DNA from: Patescibacteria group bacterium
Lineage (GTDB): Bacteria > Patescibacteriota > JABMPQ01 > JAQVVF01
NCBI GenBank assembly: GCA_041662665.1
Contig: JBAZSC010000004.1
Span: 76,464-136,403 of the forward strand
Direction: 5' to 3'
DNA: 59,940 nucleotides
Positions within the stretch are counted from its first letter, which is position 1; the number at the start of each line of letters is the position of its first letter. Both the position numbers and the translations under genes were made by a program. This document shows, piece after piece, positions 37,664 to 48,186 of this stretch. Under the pieces are notes generated by a model that saw nothing but the letters and a program-made list of their open reading frames with translations, did not search any database and was not told where the DNA came from.

Positions 37664-38275
37664 TTACTTTCTTTCTTCTGTCTTGCTTAACGTATCAGTC
37701 ATTTTTACGTATAAATAAACTAATAACACGCCAATTAATGCCCCACAAGTATTCATTAACAAATCATTTGGCGTATCAAAGCGATCTCCTAGTCTATTAT
37801 TGCTTAGAAAAAAACTTTCTGAATATTCTTCAATCTCGTACAAGACTCCAAGAAAACAAGCTGCAAAAAAGGCATAACTTCCAATCAAATATTTTTTAAA
37901 TTCAACTCTTCTTCTTTTTAATACAGCGCAAAGTATGAAGAATATTAATCCAGCAACTGAAGCTCCGCCTAAGAAATGAGCCATTTGATCATACCATGAA
38001 AATCTGCCATACCATTTAAAAATATCTCCAAATGCATCAATCAACACATTTCCTAATGGAAACAAGAATACAAAACTTGGAATAGTATAATTAAATTTCT
38101 TTTTACAATACCATAACACAAATTCTAAAGCAATCCAAACTACAATTGATGTCAAAGCTAATCCAAACCAGCTAAATTCAAGTTCAAAATGTAAGATGCC
38201 AAAAAGATTAGCTAGCTCAAAACAAGCAAGTGAAGCAAAAGCAATCCTTACAAACCACAGAATTATAATATTCAT
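37664..38275 (-). CDS. polytopic membrane protein (weak VanZ-like resemblance)
   Basis: Five to six hydrophobic helices; FDTPNDLLMNTCGALIGV C-terminal motif. Confidence 0.55.
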   Translation of the reverse strand: MNIIILWFVRIAFASLACFELANLFGILHFELEFSWFGLALTSIVVWIALEFVLWYCKKKFNYTIPSFVFLFPLGNVLIDAFGDIFKWYGRFSWYDQMAHFLGGASVAGLIFFILCAVLKRRRVEFKKYLIGSYAFFAACFLGVLYEIEEYSESFFLSNNRLGDRFDTPNDLLMNTCGALIGVLLVYLYVKMTDTLSKTEERK

Positions 38276-38284
38276 AATAATGAA

Positions 38285-38548
38285 TTATTGTAATCCGCCT
38301 CCAAATAAGCCTTTTAGCATATTTGGTAATGTATGTTGTAAAAAACCAGTCATGTATAATGTTGAAACAGCAGCAATTAAAACGCCCAGCAGTTGCCAGA
38401 ACAATCTTCCGCCACCAAATGTCCCAAAATATTTTTGAGCAAAGCTTGGACTTCCGACATTATTAATTAACCATTCAGATTTTAAAGTTACAAAAACTCC
38501 AATTGCAATACCTATTAATCCTAAAAATATTTGGCCGATTAAAGACAT
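38285..38548 (-). CDS. small membrane protein
   Basis: Two to three hydrophobic helices, backbone-like AT-rich codon usage. Confidence 0.5.
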   Translation of the reverse strand: MSLIGQIFLGLIGIAIGVFVTLKSEWLINNVGSPSFAQKYFGTFGGGRLFWQLLGVLIAAVSTLYMTGFLQHTLPNMLKGLFGGGLQ

Positions 38549-38551
38549 GAA

Positions 38552-38630
38552 ATAACATTTAACATTTAACTTTTAACAGTTAACTCGCTATTTATAGCGT
38601 TAATTGTTAAGTGTTAATAGTTAATTGTTT
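38552..38630. repeat. palindromic word repeat (TTAAC/GTTAA family)
   Basis: aacatttaacatttaacttttaacagttaactcgc tatttata gcgttaattgttaagtgttaatagttaattgtt. Confidence 0.75.
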
Positions 38631-38633
38631 ACC

Positions 38634-38710
38634 TGGTGGGCGCACTTAGATTCGAACTAAGGACCTCGTCATTATCAGTGACGCGCTCTAACCAACTGAG
38701 CTATGCGCCC
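38634..38710 (-). tRNA. tRNA-Ile (anticodon GAU), CCA encoded
   Basis: GGGCGCA/TGCGCCC acceptor, D-arm GCTC/GAGC, anticodon loop CTGATAA, T-arm CTTAG-TTCGAAT-CTAAG, ACCA end. Confidence 0.9.
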
Positions 38711-38858
38711 ATAAATAAATAACAAAATAACTAAATTTTAAATAACAAAATATCTTTTGCTTTCCTTACTATTTTAACATCAAAAAATATTTCTTTCAAG
38801 TCTTTATGTCCAAAAGTTTTAAAAAGTGCAATATGTGTGTGCACATTACCCAAGAATC

Positions 38859-38887
38859 TTGACAATCTGCTTGCCTTATTGTATCCT
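38859..38887 (+). promoter_or_regulatory. sigma70-like promoter (TTGACA-17-TATCCT)
   Basis: Upstream of 38938..39600. Confidence 0.45.
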
Positions 38888-38937
38888 GATTTAAACGTTC
38901 TTTCCGACAATTTCCTAGCCAGAGGAGGAGGAAAGCG

Positions 38938-39600
38938 ATGAGCAACAGAGAGCCAGAAATCACACTGCCAGTAGTCATTCAACGGGACTTTTTCACTTCT
39001 CTTTCCGACGATCAAGCTATTCAGATCTTGATTCCTATCATTGGCGAAAAAGAAGCTCGCGCTTATGTCCAGAAGTGCCGTTATTTTGCAATTGACCATT
39101 TCAACAACTACGAGGGTACAATCTTTTGGTTGGTTAAAGCTGGCTACACACTGAAACAGCATGCTTCCAAACTTGGTCCGTGCTACAAGAATTTCGATTA
39201 TTTACAGACCTGGAATTTCAACGATGAGCCAACTTTTGACAGTCTTGTTTTCTGGGTTCCCAGACTTGTTCCTGACGGCATTCGAAAAACAGCAAATGAA
39301 CAGTTGAATTATCTCGCCAGACTTAGCAAGAAGTACGATCTGCCAGCCGATCATCTTACTGATTTCGGCAGTGTCACCTTAAACAGCGGTCTCATTTTGA
39401 GCTACTTCAACCAGACAAAGGAACGAGTTCCTCCGGATCGGTTGTGGATCAGGACTTCTGCTCGCGGCTCCGATGGCAGTCGTTTCGACCTGGGCGACTT
39501 TGATGAGCGAGGCCTCTACTGCAGCGGCTACGATTTGGGTGGCGGTTTCGTTGACGATCTTGGCTGTTTCGCTCTAGGTATTGTAAAGCTCGCAGCATAA
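38938..39600 (+). CDS. orphan 220-aa protein, SD-led cassette inside the 16S/tRNA-Ile spacer
   Basis: GAGGAGGAGG 7 nt before ATG; highest GC of any CDS here by eye (3' end near 50%); hairpin terminator follows. Confidence 0.6.
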   Translation: MSNREPEITLPVVIQRDFFTSLSDDQAIQILIPIIGEKEARAYVQKCRYFAIDHFNNYEGTIFWLVKAGYTLKQHASKLGPCYKNFDYLQTWNFNDEPTFDSLVFWVPRLVPDGIRKTANEQLNYLARLSKKYDLPADHLTDFGSVTLNSGLILSYFNQTKERVPPDRLWIRTSARGSDGSRFDLGDFDERGLYCSGYDLGGGFVDDLGCFALGIVKLAA

Positions 39601-39623
39601 TTATTTAAATTTTTAGTTCTTTC

Positions 39624-39652
39624 AACTCTTGATGTATTTCAAGAGTTTTTTT
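39624..39652 (+). terminator. rho-independent terminator
   Basis: AACTCTTGA-N6-TCAAGAGTT then a T-run. Confidence 0.7.
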
Positions 39653-39657
39653 ATTTA

Positions 39658-39735
39658 GAGCTTCGGAACGTCGGAGCTTCGGAACGTCAGAACGTCAGAA
39701 CGTCCGACGATCCGATTTCCGACACTCCGAAGCTC
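39658..39735. repeat. palindromic word repeat (CTTCGGAACGTC family), GC-rich
   Basis: gagcttcggaacgtcggagcttcggaacgtcagaacgtcagaacgtccgacgatccgatttccgacactccgaagctc. Confidence 0.75.
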
Positions 39736-39925
39736 TAAAAACGAAAACCAGCGCTTTTACGCTGGTCAAAAATAATATCCAATATCTAATATCCGTAATA
39801 TTCGAAGATACTTTGATAATCAAAAAGTGATAAGAGGGTCGATTAATTCCTTACATAATGAAAATAAATTCATCTCGACAGATCAATAAAAATCCATAAG
39901 ACTTTCAGAGATCAATTCTCCCTAG

Positions 39926-41541
<1,616 letters not shown>

Positions 41542-41765
41542 TAAATATCTATAATTAATAAATTAATCATAGATCAACTAAAAAATTTAAAGTAAGCTTG
41601 TTAGCTCAAAATAAACGGAATTAACGTAAAACTCTTATCACTATTTAATTATCAAAGTGCGAGAATTATAGACTGATTCTTTTTAATTTTTGAAGTTAAA
41701 AAATATCAAGCTACAATTTTCATAGCTATTTTTACAGATTTACTTGTAAGTAATTTAGTACTTAA

Positions 41766-41794
41766 ATTTTAGTCCATAAAAATAATATTGTCAA
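41766..41794 (-). promoter_or_regulatory. consensus sigma70 promoter for the 16S gene (TTGACA-17-TAAAAT)
   Basis: -35 at 41789-41794 and -10 at 41766-41771 on the minus strand, about 225 nt upstream of the mature 5' end. Confidence 0.6.
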
Positions 41795-41961
41795 GTCAAT
41801 ATCATTTAATTGTGGATAACTTGTGTAAACAGTTAACAATTAACTTTTAACACTTAACTTTTTTATCTGTCATCCCGAACCGCAGTGAGGGATCCCGAGA
41901 AGAAGCAAACAATCACATGATTCATCCGGAGTTTATCATGGAAAATTATTTTTCGAAAATG

Positions 41962-41989
41962 TTGACAGAAAAATTAAGGAAGATATACT
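41962..41989 (+). promoter_or_regulatory. sigma70 promoter TTGACA-16-TATACT
   Basis: Upstream of 42042..42479; same architecture repeated at 42513-42541. Confidence 0.5.
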
Positions 41990-42041
41990 TAATTAAGAGT
42001 AAAAATGTTCTTTTAACAGCGGCAAAAGGAGGGAAGGAAAA

Positions 42042-42479
42042 GTGGAAAAAGACAGGATAAAGAAAATACTACCAAGAGTTACTATCATTACAGGAGTTGT
42101 ATCTATGTTGTTACTCTTGTTTGCAGCTTCTCGTCAATCAACTGCAGAATTAGTTCATCAAAAAGTTGGAAAGGTAATTACTACTATCTTTGGTCCACAA
42201 AAGGAGCCTGAAAAATTTTTTTATTCTGAATTTGAAAAAGGCAAGCTATACTTTGACGTAAAGCCGTATGTCATAGATAATGGTCAAGGCCTAGCATTCA
42301 TCTATATCGGTCAATTTCGCAAAAATGACTTTGGATTTCGTCCTGATATCTATCATCGCGAAAGGATTGAATCTTTCTTTGCCTATTGGAAAAAGCAGTA
42401 TCCAGAACATTCTTCAAAGATCAAAAGTTTTTCTCCTACTGCTCAAAATAATTTGTATTTAGTACTTTACGGTCCATGA
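42042..42479 (+). CDS. membrane-anchored orphan protein (paralog A)
   Basis: AAGGAGGGAAGG SD, GTG start, one N-terminal TM, conserved DNGQGLAFIYIG and YWKKQYPEH blocks shared with 42605..43000. Confidence 0.6.
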   Translation: MEKDRIKKILPRVTIITGVVSMLLLLFAASRQSTAELVHQKVGKVITTIFGPQKEPEKFFYSEFEKGKLYFDVKPYVIDNGQGLAFIYIGQFRKNDFGFRPDIYHRERIESFFAYWKKQYPEHSSKIKSFSPTAQNNLYLVLYGP

Positions 42480-42512
42480 CAACAGATTCTGTTGTTTTTT
42501 TATTTTTTATTA

Positions 42513-42541
42513 TTGACAGAAAGTTAATTCAAGCGTATACT
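42513..42541 (+). promoter_or_regulatory. sigma70 promoter TTGACA-17-TATACT
   Basis: Upstream of 42605..43000. Confidence 0.5.
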
Positions 42542-42604
42542 AATTAGTCAGAAAAAAGTCCGTACTCTTAAATGTTTCGCACGCCGCAGAGGGAGGAGGA
42601 GATA

Positions 42605-43000
42605 ATGACACAAGCAAAAAAACCAAAAATTGATGCGCGTATGATTATTTTAAGCAGTATTGTTAGTTCAGCTATTTTGCTTGTAATTGGATACGGAGTA
42701 TTAAAACTTGGTGTTTTTATCACGCACTGGATGGTGACAGAGAAACCAGTTCAAGGATCAACTGAAACTTCCAAAACTGATTTAAGTAACTCTATCGTTA
42801 TCGATCATGGTCAGGGAGTAGCATTCATCTATCTTGGAAACTTGCCAGGTAGCAAAGAAATTCCTTTTTACGCAGAAAAATTTGAAGAGCCATTTGCTCA
42901 GTGGAAAAAAGAATATCCAACTCATGCACAGAAAATCACTGGAATAACTACTTTAAGAAACAATAACTATTTGTACATTATTCTTTACTCAACCGACTAA
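42605..43000 (+). CDS. membrane-anchored orphan protein (paralog B)
   Basis: GGGAGGAGGAG SD before ATG 42605; DHGQGVAFIYLG and QWKKEYPTH blocks. Confidence 0.6.
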   Translation: MTQAKKPKIDARMIILSSIVSSAILLVIGYGVLKLGVFITHWMVTEKPVQGSTETSKTDLSNSIVIDHGQGVAFIYLGNLPGSKEIPFYAEKFEEPFAQWKKEYPTHAQKITGITTLRNNNYLYIILYSTD

Positions 43001-43019
43001 CAGCATCATAGCTGTTTTT

Positions 43020-43763
43020 TTATTTTTTAATTTTAACGTGTTTTTTTTTCCATTCTTCAATTTTTTCATGATCGCCAGACAATAAAACTTTAGGTACAGA
43101 AAGAGTCGTAGTTTTTAAAGTTTGTAATTTGGAATTTGTAATTTGTTTGGGATTTGGGATTTGGAATTTTTCAGGTCTAGTATATTGTGGATACTCCACA
43201 TAATCTTTATCAACAGAAAAAGTATCATCAAGAGCAGAATGTTCATGTCCCAAAACACCAGGAATCAATCTTGTCACAGCTTCAACCAAAACCATAGCAG
43301 GCAATTCTCCACCAGATAAAACATAATTACCTATTGAAATTTTTTCATCAACAAATTTATCTATGCGAGCATCAAAACCTTCATATCTTCCGCATAACAA
43401 AATAATATTATCAAGTTTAGACAATCTCATCGCCATTTTCTGATCAAGTGTCTTGCCAGCCGGAGTTAACATGATGATTTTAGATTTCGAGTTGTTATTT
43501 TTGACTTTAGATTTAGGAGAAATATTTTTGACTTTAGATTTTAGACTAGTAATCGCTCGATAAAAAGGCTCAACTTGCAAAATCATGCCCTGCCCGCCTC
43601 CGTATGGTTTATCATCAACTTTGCTGTGTTTATCTAAAGTATAATCACGTAAATTATGAATATTAATTTTAATCAAATTTTTCTTTTGTGCGCGCGACAA
43701 AATAGATTCAGAGAAATATGAATCAAATATCTTTGGAAAAATTGTTATTATATCGAATTGCAT
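43020..43763 (-). CDS. trmD: tRNA (guanine37-N1)-methyltransferase TrmD, carrying two in-frame word-repeat insertions
   Basis: GGGQGMIL, CGRYEGFDAR, SIGNYVLSGGELPA motifs; low-complexity inserts SLKSKVKNISPKSKVKNNNSKSK and QIPNPKQITNSKLQTLKTTT. Confidence 0.9.
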   Translation of the reverse strand: MQFDIITIFPKIFDSYFSESILSRAQKKNLIKINIHNLRDYTLDKHSKVDDKPYGGGQGMILQVEPFYRAITSLKSKVKNISPKSKVKNNNSKSKIIMLTPAGKTLDQKMAMRLSKLDNIILLCGRYEGFDARIDKFVDEKISIGNYVLSGGELPAMVLVEAVTRLIPGVLGHEHSALDDTFSVDKDYVEYPQYTRPEKFQIPNPKQITNSKLQTLKTTTLSVPKVLLSGDHEKIEEWKKKHVKIKK

Positions 43764-43770
43764 AGTTGTG

Positions 43771-43835
43771 TTAACTAGTAATTAGTAACTAGTAACTAGT
43801 CGTCGTTCTAGTTACTAATTACTGATTACTAGTTT
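43771..43835. repeat. palindromic word repeat (TAGTAAC family)
   Basis: ttaactagtaattagtaactagtaactagt cgtcgt tctagttactaattactgattactag. Confidence 0.75.
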
Positions 43836-43907
43836 CTCCATTCTTCACGTAAAAGCCACCAATTAATGGTGGCCTTTATTTATTTTGAATCTTATTAAGA
43901 TTTAAGA

Positions 43908-44246
43908 TTATAGTTTTAGATCTTCAACTACATCTGAACTAGCTTCTTCTGCTTTTGGAGCAGTTGCAGCTGGTTTTCTTGTTCTTTCAGAACCTTCTGG
44001 TTCATTGATCTTCAAGTTAACGCGAGCGTTGTTTTTAGCACCAACAACTTTTAATAAAGTTCTGATTGCTTTTGCTGTCTGACCTTGGCGACCAATGATT
44101 TGGCCCATGTCAGCTGCATCAACGTCTAGAGTGATTAATACACCCATTTCGTCAACTGTTCTATTTGTCTTTACTTTGTCAGGAGCATCAACTAATGATT
44201 TGACAATGTACTCTACGAATTCTTGATCGTGTGCTTTTTCTGCCAT
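43908..44246 (-). CDS. KH-domain RNA-binding protein (YlqC-like) with C-terminal extension
   Basis: GQIIGRQGQTAKAIRTLL KH GXXG motif; position between rpsP and trmD. Confidence 0.8.
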   Translation of the reverse strand: MAEKAHDQEFVEYIVKSLVDAPDKVKTNRTVDEMGVLITLDVDAADMGQIIGRQGQTAKAIRTLLKVVGAKNNARVNLKINEPEGSERTRKPAATAPKAEEASSDVVEDLKL

Positions 44247-44422
44247 AACTTTGTAAATTAATTATTTCTTTCGAAGCATTAGAATATTTTTCTAATTCAA
44301 GTCGACCAGCTCTTTCATGAAAAATAGAATCTAATACAACAATTTAATTATATCAGATTAGTAAGTTTTGTCAATATTATTTTGCGGTAATTAGTAACAA
44401 GTAACTAGTAACTGGAGTGCTA

Positions 44423-44824
44423 TTATTTCTTTTCTTCAGGTTTTGCAGGAGTTTCATTATTCTTAATTCCTGATTCTTTATTCTCATTTTTCTTTTCCTC
44501 TGCCTTTGGAGCTTCGGTTGCTGGTTTTACAGGTTCTGCACCTTTTTTTGTAGTCTGTGCTCTGTCTTTTCTATTCAATACTTCCAACTTGCCAGTAACT
44601 TTTTGTTTCTTTAACATTTCTTTAACAGTCTGGCTTACTTTTGCGCCACTCTTTAGCCAGTATTCAACTCTTTCCTTTTTTAATTCTACTTTGTCGCTTC
44701 TTGGATCAAAAGATCCTAAGATTTCGATGAATTTTCCTCTAACAGGAAAATTATGGTCAGTCAAAACCAGCCTGTATTTAGGTTGGTTCTTCTTGCCGAT
44801 TCTTGTAAGACGTATAGTTAACAT
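44423..44824 (-). CDS. rpsP: 30S ribosomal protein S16 with Lys/Glu-rich C-terminal extension
   Basis: MLTIRLTRIGKKNQPKYRLVL N-terminus. Confidence 0.9.
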   Translation of the reverse strand: MLTIRLTRIGKKNQPKYRLVLTDHNFPVRGKFIEILGSFDPRSDKVELKKERVEYWLKSGAKVSQTVKEMLKKQKVTGKLEVLNRKDRAQTTKKGAEPVKPATEAPKAEEKKNENKESGIKNNETPAKPEEKK

Positions 44825-44889
44825 AAATAAAATATACTCGATAAAAAAAAATTAGTCAAGACATTTGACTAATTTTTCCATTTTTAATA

Positions 44890-45369
44890 TTATTTTTTTT
44901 CGTCTTCTAAATCTCCACCTTCAACCCATTCATAATAAATGCACCGTCTCTCATTTATTTTTTCCCAATCAGCCATTTCTCTGTGAGAATTTTCTTCAAG
45001 TCTTTTTTTCAAGTAAGCTGCAAATGATGGTACCTTTTTTTCTTTAAAATCAACTCCGAAATCCCATAGATCAGTGCTTTTATCTTTATTGTATGCTTCT
45101 CTCCATTCATCTTGTTCTTCTCTCTCCAACTTCATCCAATCATCAATAATATCGTATTCATCTCTCTTGTCTCCCGCCATTCTTGCTCTCTCTATCAAAA
45201 CATCTTTTTGTCTTTCTTCAGCTTCCATATCTTCTCTTGCATATCTCGATTCTTGATCCTCTACTCTAAAACGTTCTTGCATTTTTTCTTCACCTTCAAC
45301 AAATGCTGTTTCCGCATCTTTACTTCCTGGTTCCGGAGTAAATCCTCCAGTTTCTGATTTGTTTGGCAT
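44890..45369 (-). CDS. highly acidic orphan protein
   Basis: E/D/R-rich 159 aa; no SD seen; hairpin TTAGTCAA-GACAT-TTGACTAA downstream. Confidence 0.45.
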   Translation of the reverse strand: MPNKSETGGFTPEPGSKDAETAFVEGEEKMQERFRVEDQESRYAREDMEAEERQKDVLIERARMAGDKRDEYDIIDDWMKLEREEQDEWREAYNKDKSTDLWDFGVDFKEKKVPSFAAYLKKRLEENSHREMADWEKINERRCIYYEWVEGGDLEDEKK

Positions 45370-45490
45370 GTTTTTAAAAGTTAATTATTTTAAAAGAATC
45401 TTTAATACATAATAGCATAAAAAAAACGGTTTAGAAATTAATGCATTAGAAATTTAATAAAAATTAGAAATTGAAAATTAGAAATTTCAT

Positions 45491-48076
45491 CTAGCAATGT
45501 CCTTCAAGCGATATGCTTAGCAATTTAGAAACTCCATCTCCAGACATCGTCACTCCATACAAAGCCTTAGCGCAACTCATTGTTTCGCGATTATGAGTCA
45601 CAACTATGAATTGTGATTTCTTCGCAACTTCTTCAATAATCTTCGCGTATCTAGAAGTATTTGCTTCATCAAGAGATGCATCAACTTCATCAAGCACAAT
45701 GAATGGAGCTGGATTATTGGAAATTATTGCTAAAATCAAAGCAATAGAAGTTAGCGCTCTTTCGCCACCAGAAAGCAAACTCAAATCTCTTGGCTTTTTT
45801 CCAGGAGGTGTTGCCTTAATATCAATATATGAATCTTGAGATAATTCAAGCTTTTTATTGCCTGTTTCATCAGTAACTTCAACTTTCGGTCGATATTTTT
45901 CTAATCTTGCATGACCACCATTAAACAAAATTTCAAAATGCTTCTGGAATTGTAAATTAATTTTTTCAAAAGCAGTATCAAATTTGGAGCTTATTGTCTT
46001 ATCTAATTCATCAATAATTTTTTCCAAAGAAATAATAGCTTTTTCCAAATCATCTTTTTGTGCTGTCAAAAATTCAAATCGATCATTAACTTCCTTATGC
46101 TCTTTCACAACCTCTGGATCAATATCGCCAATGATCATTTTTTCGCGTCTTAATTTTGCAATCAAAACATGTAACTCATCAGCATTATTTATTTTTTTTG
46201 GTTTGCTTTCAAAAATTTTGATTAATTCATTTGTCTTTTCTATGCCAAAATTTTCATGCATTTCTTCAATCAAAACATTTTTTGATGCTTGTAGTTGGGC
46301 ATTCGAAACTTCGATTTCTCTAACTTGATCTTTAATATTATTTAAAGAATTTTGCTTTGCTCTATATTCATTTTCTTGCGAAATAAATTGATCTCTAATT
46401 TCTTGTTCTTTTTTTACTTCTAATTCCAATTCATTTTGAATATTTTTAATTTCTTTATCTAGAACTAAAATTTTGTTCACTAATCCTTTTTTCTCATTTT
46501 CTAATTTTTCAAAATTAGCTAAAGTTTCTTGTTTAGACTTTGCCTTTGTTTCCTTGTTTAAATTCTCAATTTCTCTTTTGCGAGGATCAAGCTGTTGTTT
46601 TGCAGAATTTTGTTTTGTATCAAGAATTGCAATTGAAACTTTAATGCTATTTATTTGTGAAGTTAGCGAGTCTCTTTCATCAAATAATTCGCTCAAGCTT
46701 TTTTGGATTTCTGAAAGCTTTTTTTGAATACTGATGTCTTCTTTCTTAGCTGCTTTTTGAATTTTTAATAATAATTTTTCCATTTCAAAATGGACATCAA
46801 AAATCATTTGTTTTAATTTGTCTAATTCATTCAAATTTTCACAAGCATTAATTTTTTCAAATAAATTTGATTCAGACTTAAATAATTTTTCTAAATCATT
46901 CTGAACATCAGTCAAAGTTAGCGATTCAGAGATTAATCCTGATTTTAGAGTTGTTAATTTTTCTTGGCAGTCTTTGATTTTAGTTAAAATCGCAGATTGT
47001 TCCTTAATTTTATTTCTCAAATCTTTTTCTAAAGTCTGCTTTTCACTCAAAAATTCTGAAACATTTGTTTCTAATTCAGCAACTTCATTTTCTAATAATT
47101 TAATTCTATCTGTTAAATTCAAATTTGTATCTGAAGCTTTTGCCAATGAAATTTTGGCTGTAACTTCCATGATCTTTTCATTGATTTCTGACTTTTGTAA
47201 GAATAATTCATTCAATCTTTCTTGTCTTTGTCTTTTTTTGGCAAAATCTTCTTGTAAATTTCGACTATCTAATTTTTTCTGTAATTGCGCAATTAAATCG
47301 ATAGTTTCTTTTTCTTGTTTTGCTAACTTTGCAAGTTGATCGCTATTTATCTTAAAAGCATCTTTTAAAGTATTCCAGCTATGATTAAAATATTGATCGC
47401 AAACTTCATCAAATTTCTTTTCAATCTCTTCTTTTCGCTGTGCTTTGTTAGCTTGTCTTTTTAATGATCGAAGTCTAGGCTCAATTTCTTTCAACAAATC
47501 AGCAACACGAGATAAATTTGTTTTTGTTTGCAATAATTTATTAACGCTCAAATTTCTCTTGATCTGGAATTGTTTGACACCAGCTGCTTCTTCAAATAAT
47601 TCTTTTCTCTCTTTTGGTCCAGCTTTCAAAAAAGTATCAATCATGCCTTGGCCAATCACTGAATAAGTTTTTTGTCCAAAGCCAGTTTTTGCCAATAATT
47701 CCTGAATATCTAATAATCTCGCTCTATTTTTATTTATAAAATATTCGCTTTCGCCATTTCTAAATAATTTGCGAGTAATCACAACATCGGAATAATCAAT
47801 TGGCATTGCATGATCAGAATTGTCCAAATGCATTGAAACGCTTGCCATTCCTAATCTCGCTTTGTTTTTCGAACCAGCAAAAATAATATCTTCTGATTTT
47901 TTGCCTCTCAAAGTTTTCAAACTTTGTTCGCCCATTACCCATCTAATTGCTTCAGTAAAATTTGATTTGCCAGATCCATTTGGTCCAACAACAGCAGTCA
48001 CTCCAGGACTAAATTCCAAAGTTGTCTTTGGAGCGAATGATTTAAAGCCTTGTATGTCGAGTTTCTTGAGATACAT
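45491..48076 (-). CDS. smc: chromosome partition protein Smc (short, 861 aa)
   Basis: Walker A GPNGSGKSN, long coiled coil, signature LSGGE, Walker B FIVLDEVDASLD. Confidence 0.9.
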   Translation of the reverse strand: MYLKKLDIQGFKSFAPKTTLEFSPGVTAVVGPNGSGKSNFTEAIRWVMGEQSLKTLRGKKSEDIIFAGSKNKARLGMASVSMHLDNSDHAMPIDYSDVVITRKLFRNGESEYFINKNRARLLDIQELLAKTGFGQKTYSVIGQGMIDTFLKAGPKERKELFEEAAGVKQFQIKRNLSVNKLLQTKTNLSRVADLLKEIEPRLRSLKRQANKAQRKEEIEKKFDEVCDQYFNHSWNTLKDAFKINSDQLAKLAKQEKETIDLIAQLQKKLDSRNLQEDFAKKRQRQERLNELFLQKSEINEKIMEVTAKISLAKASDTNLNLTDRIKLLENEVAELETNVSEFLSEKQTLEKDLRNKIKEQSAILTKIKDCQEKLTTLKSGLISESLTLTDVQNDLEKLFKSESNLFEKINACENLNELDKLKQMIFDVHFEMEKLLLKIQKAAKKEDISIQKKLSEIQKSLSELFDERDSLTSQINSIKVSIAILDTKQNSAKQQLDPRKREIENLNKETKAKSKQETLANFEKLENEKKGLVNKILVLDKEIKNIQNELELEVKKEQEIRDQFISQENEYRAKQNSLNNIKDQVREIEVSNAQLQASKNVLIEEMHENFGIEKTNELIKIFESKPKKINNADELHVLIAKLRREKMIIGDIDPEVVKEHKEVNDRFEFLTAQKDDLEKAIISLEKIIDELDKTISSKFDTAFEKINLQFQKHFEILFNGGHARLEKYRPKVEVTDETGNKKLELSQDSYIDIKATPPGKKPRDLSLLSGGERALTSIALILAIISNNPAPFIVLDEVDASLDEANTSRYAKIIEEVAKKSQFIVVTHNRETMSCAKALYGVTMSGDGVSKLLSISLEGHC

Positions 48077-48079
48077 AAG

Positions 48080-48186
48080 TATAAATTACAAATTCCAAAT
48101 CCCAAACAAAACACAAATTACAAATTACAACAATATTTTGTGTATTGTGATTTGTAATTTGTTTGGAATTTGGTATTTGGGATTTA
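48080..48186. repeat. long imperfect palindrome of CCAAAT/ACAAAT words in the smc/rlmE divergent spacer
   Basis: ataaattacaaattccaaatcccaaacaaaacacaaattacaaattacaa ... gtgatttgtaatttgtttggaatttggtatttgggattt. Confidence 0.8.

Noticed and set aside
38731-39162. 143-aa minus-strand ORF overlapping the start of 38938..39600
   Set aside because: It has no SD or promoter. It runs antisense through the promoter, SD and N-terminal coding region of the much better supported plus-strand ORF, so it is likely a shadow ORF.
37430-39652. Integrated prophage or genomic island at tRNA-Ala
   Set aside because: The tRNA fragment resembles an att scar, but I see no integrase, recombinase, transposase or phage structural gene anywhere in the window. 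I report it only as a scar-like feature.
41811-41819. Second perfect DnaA box (TGTGGATAA) 17 nt upstream of the 16S -35 element, as evidence for a second origin or DnaA control of rRNA
   Set aside because: A single 9-mer in 60 kb on either strand is roughly expected by chance. There is no clustering of boxes here. I noted that it shares the 12-mer TGTGGATAACTT with the box at 29074, but that is insufficient evidence.
41868-41905. GC-rich motif tcatcccgaaccgcagtgagggatcccgaga, as a possible small RNA or mobile repeat
   Set aside because: I saw only one copy in the window. It forms only a 5-bp ATCCC/GGGAT stem. That is not enough to call a feature without a genome-wide copy count.
45606-47666. 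Series of 70-120-aa plus-strand ORFs inside smc, and similar ones inside other long genes (1280-1582, 8281-8748, 17208-17915, 57942-58921)
   Set aside because: They are antisense to well-supported long CDSs, have low-complexity S/F/L-rich translations and show no start signals. This is expected in AT-rich DNA.
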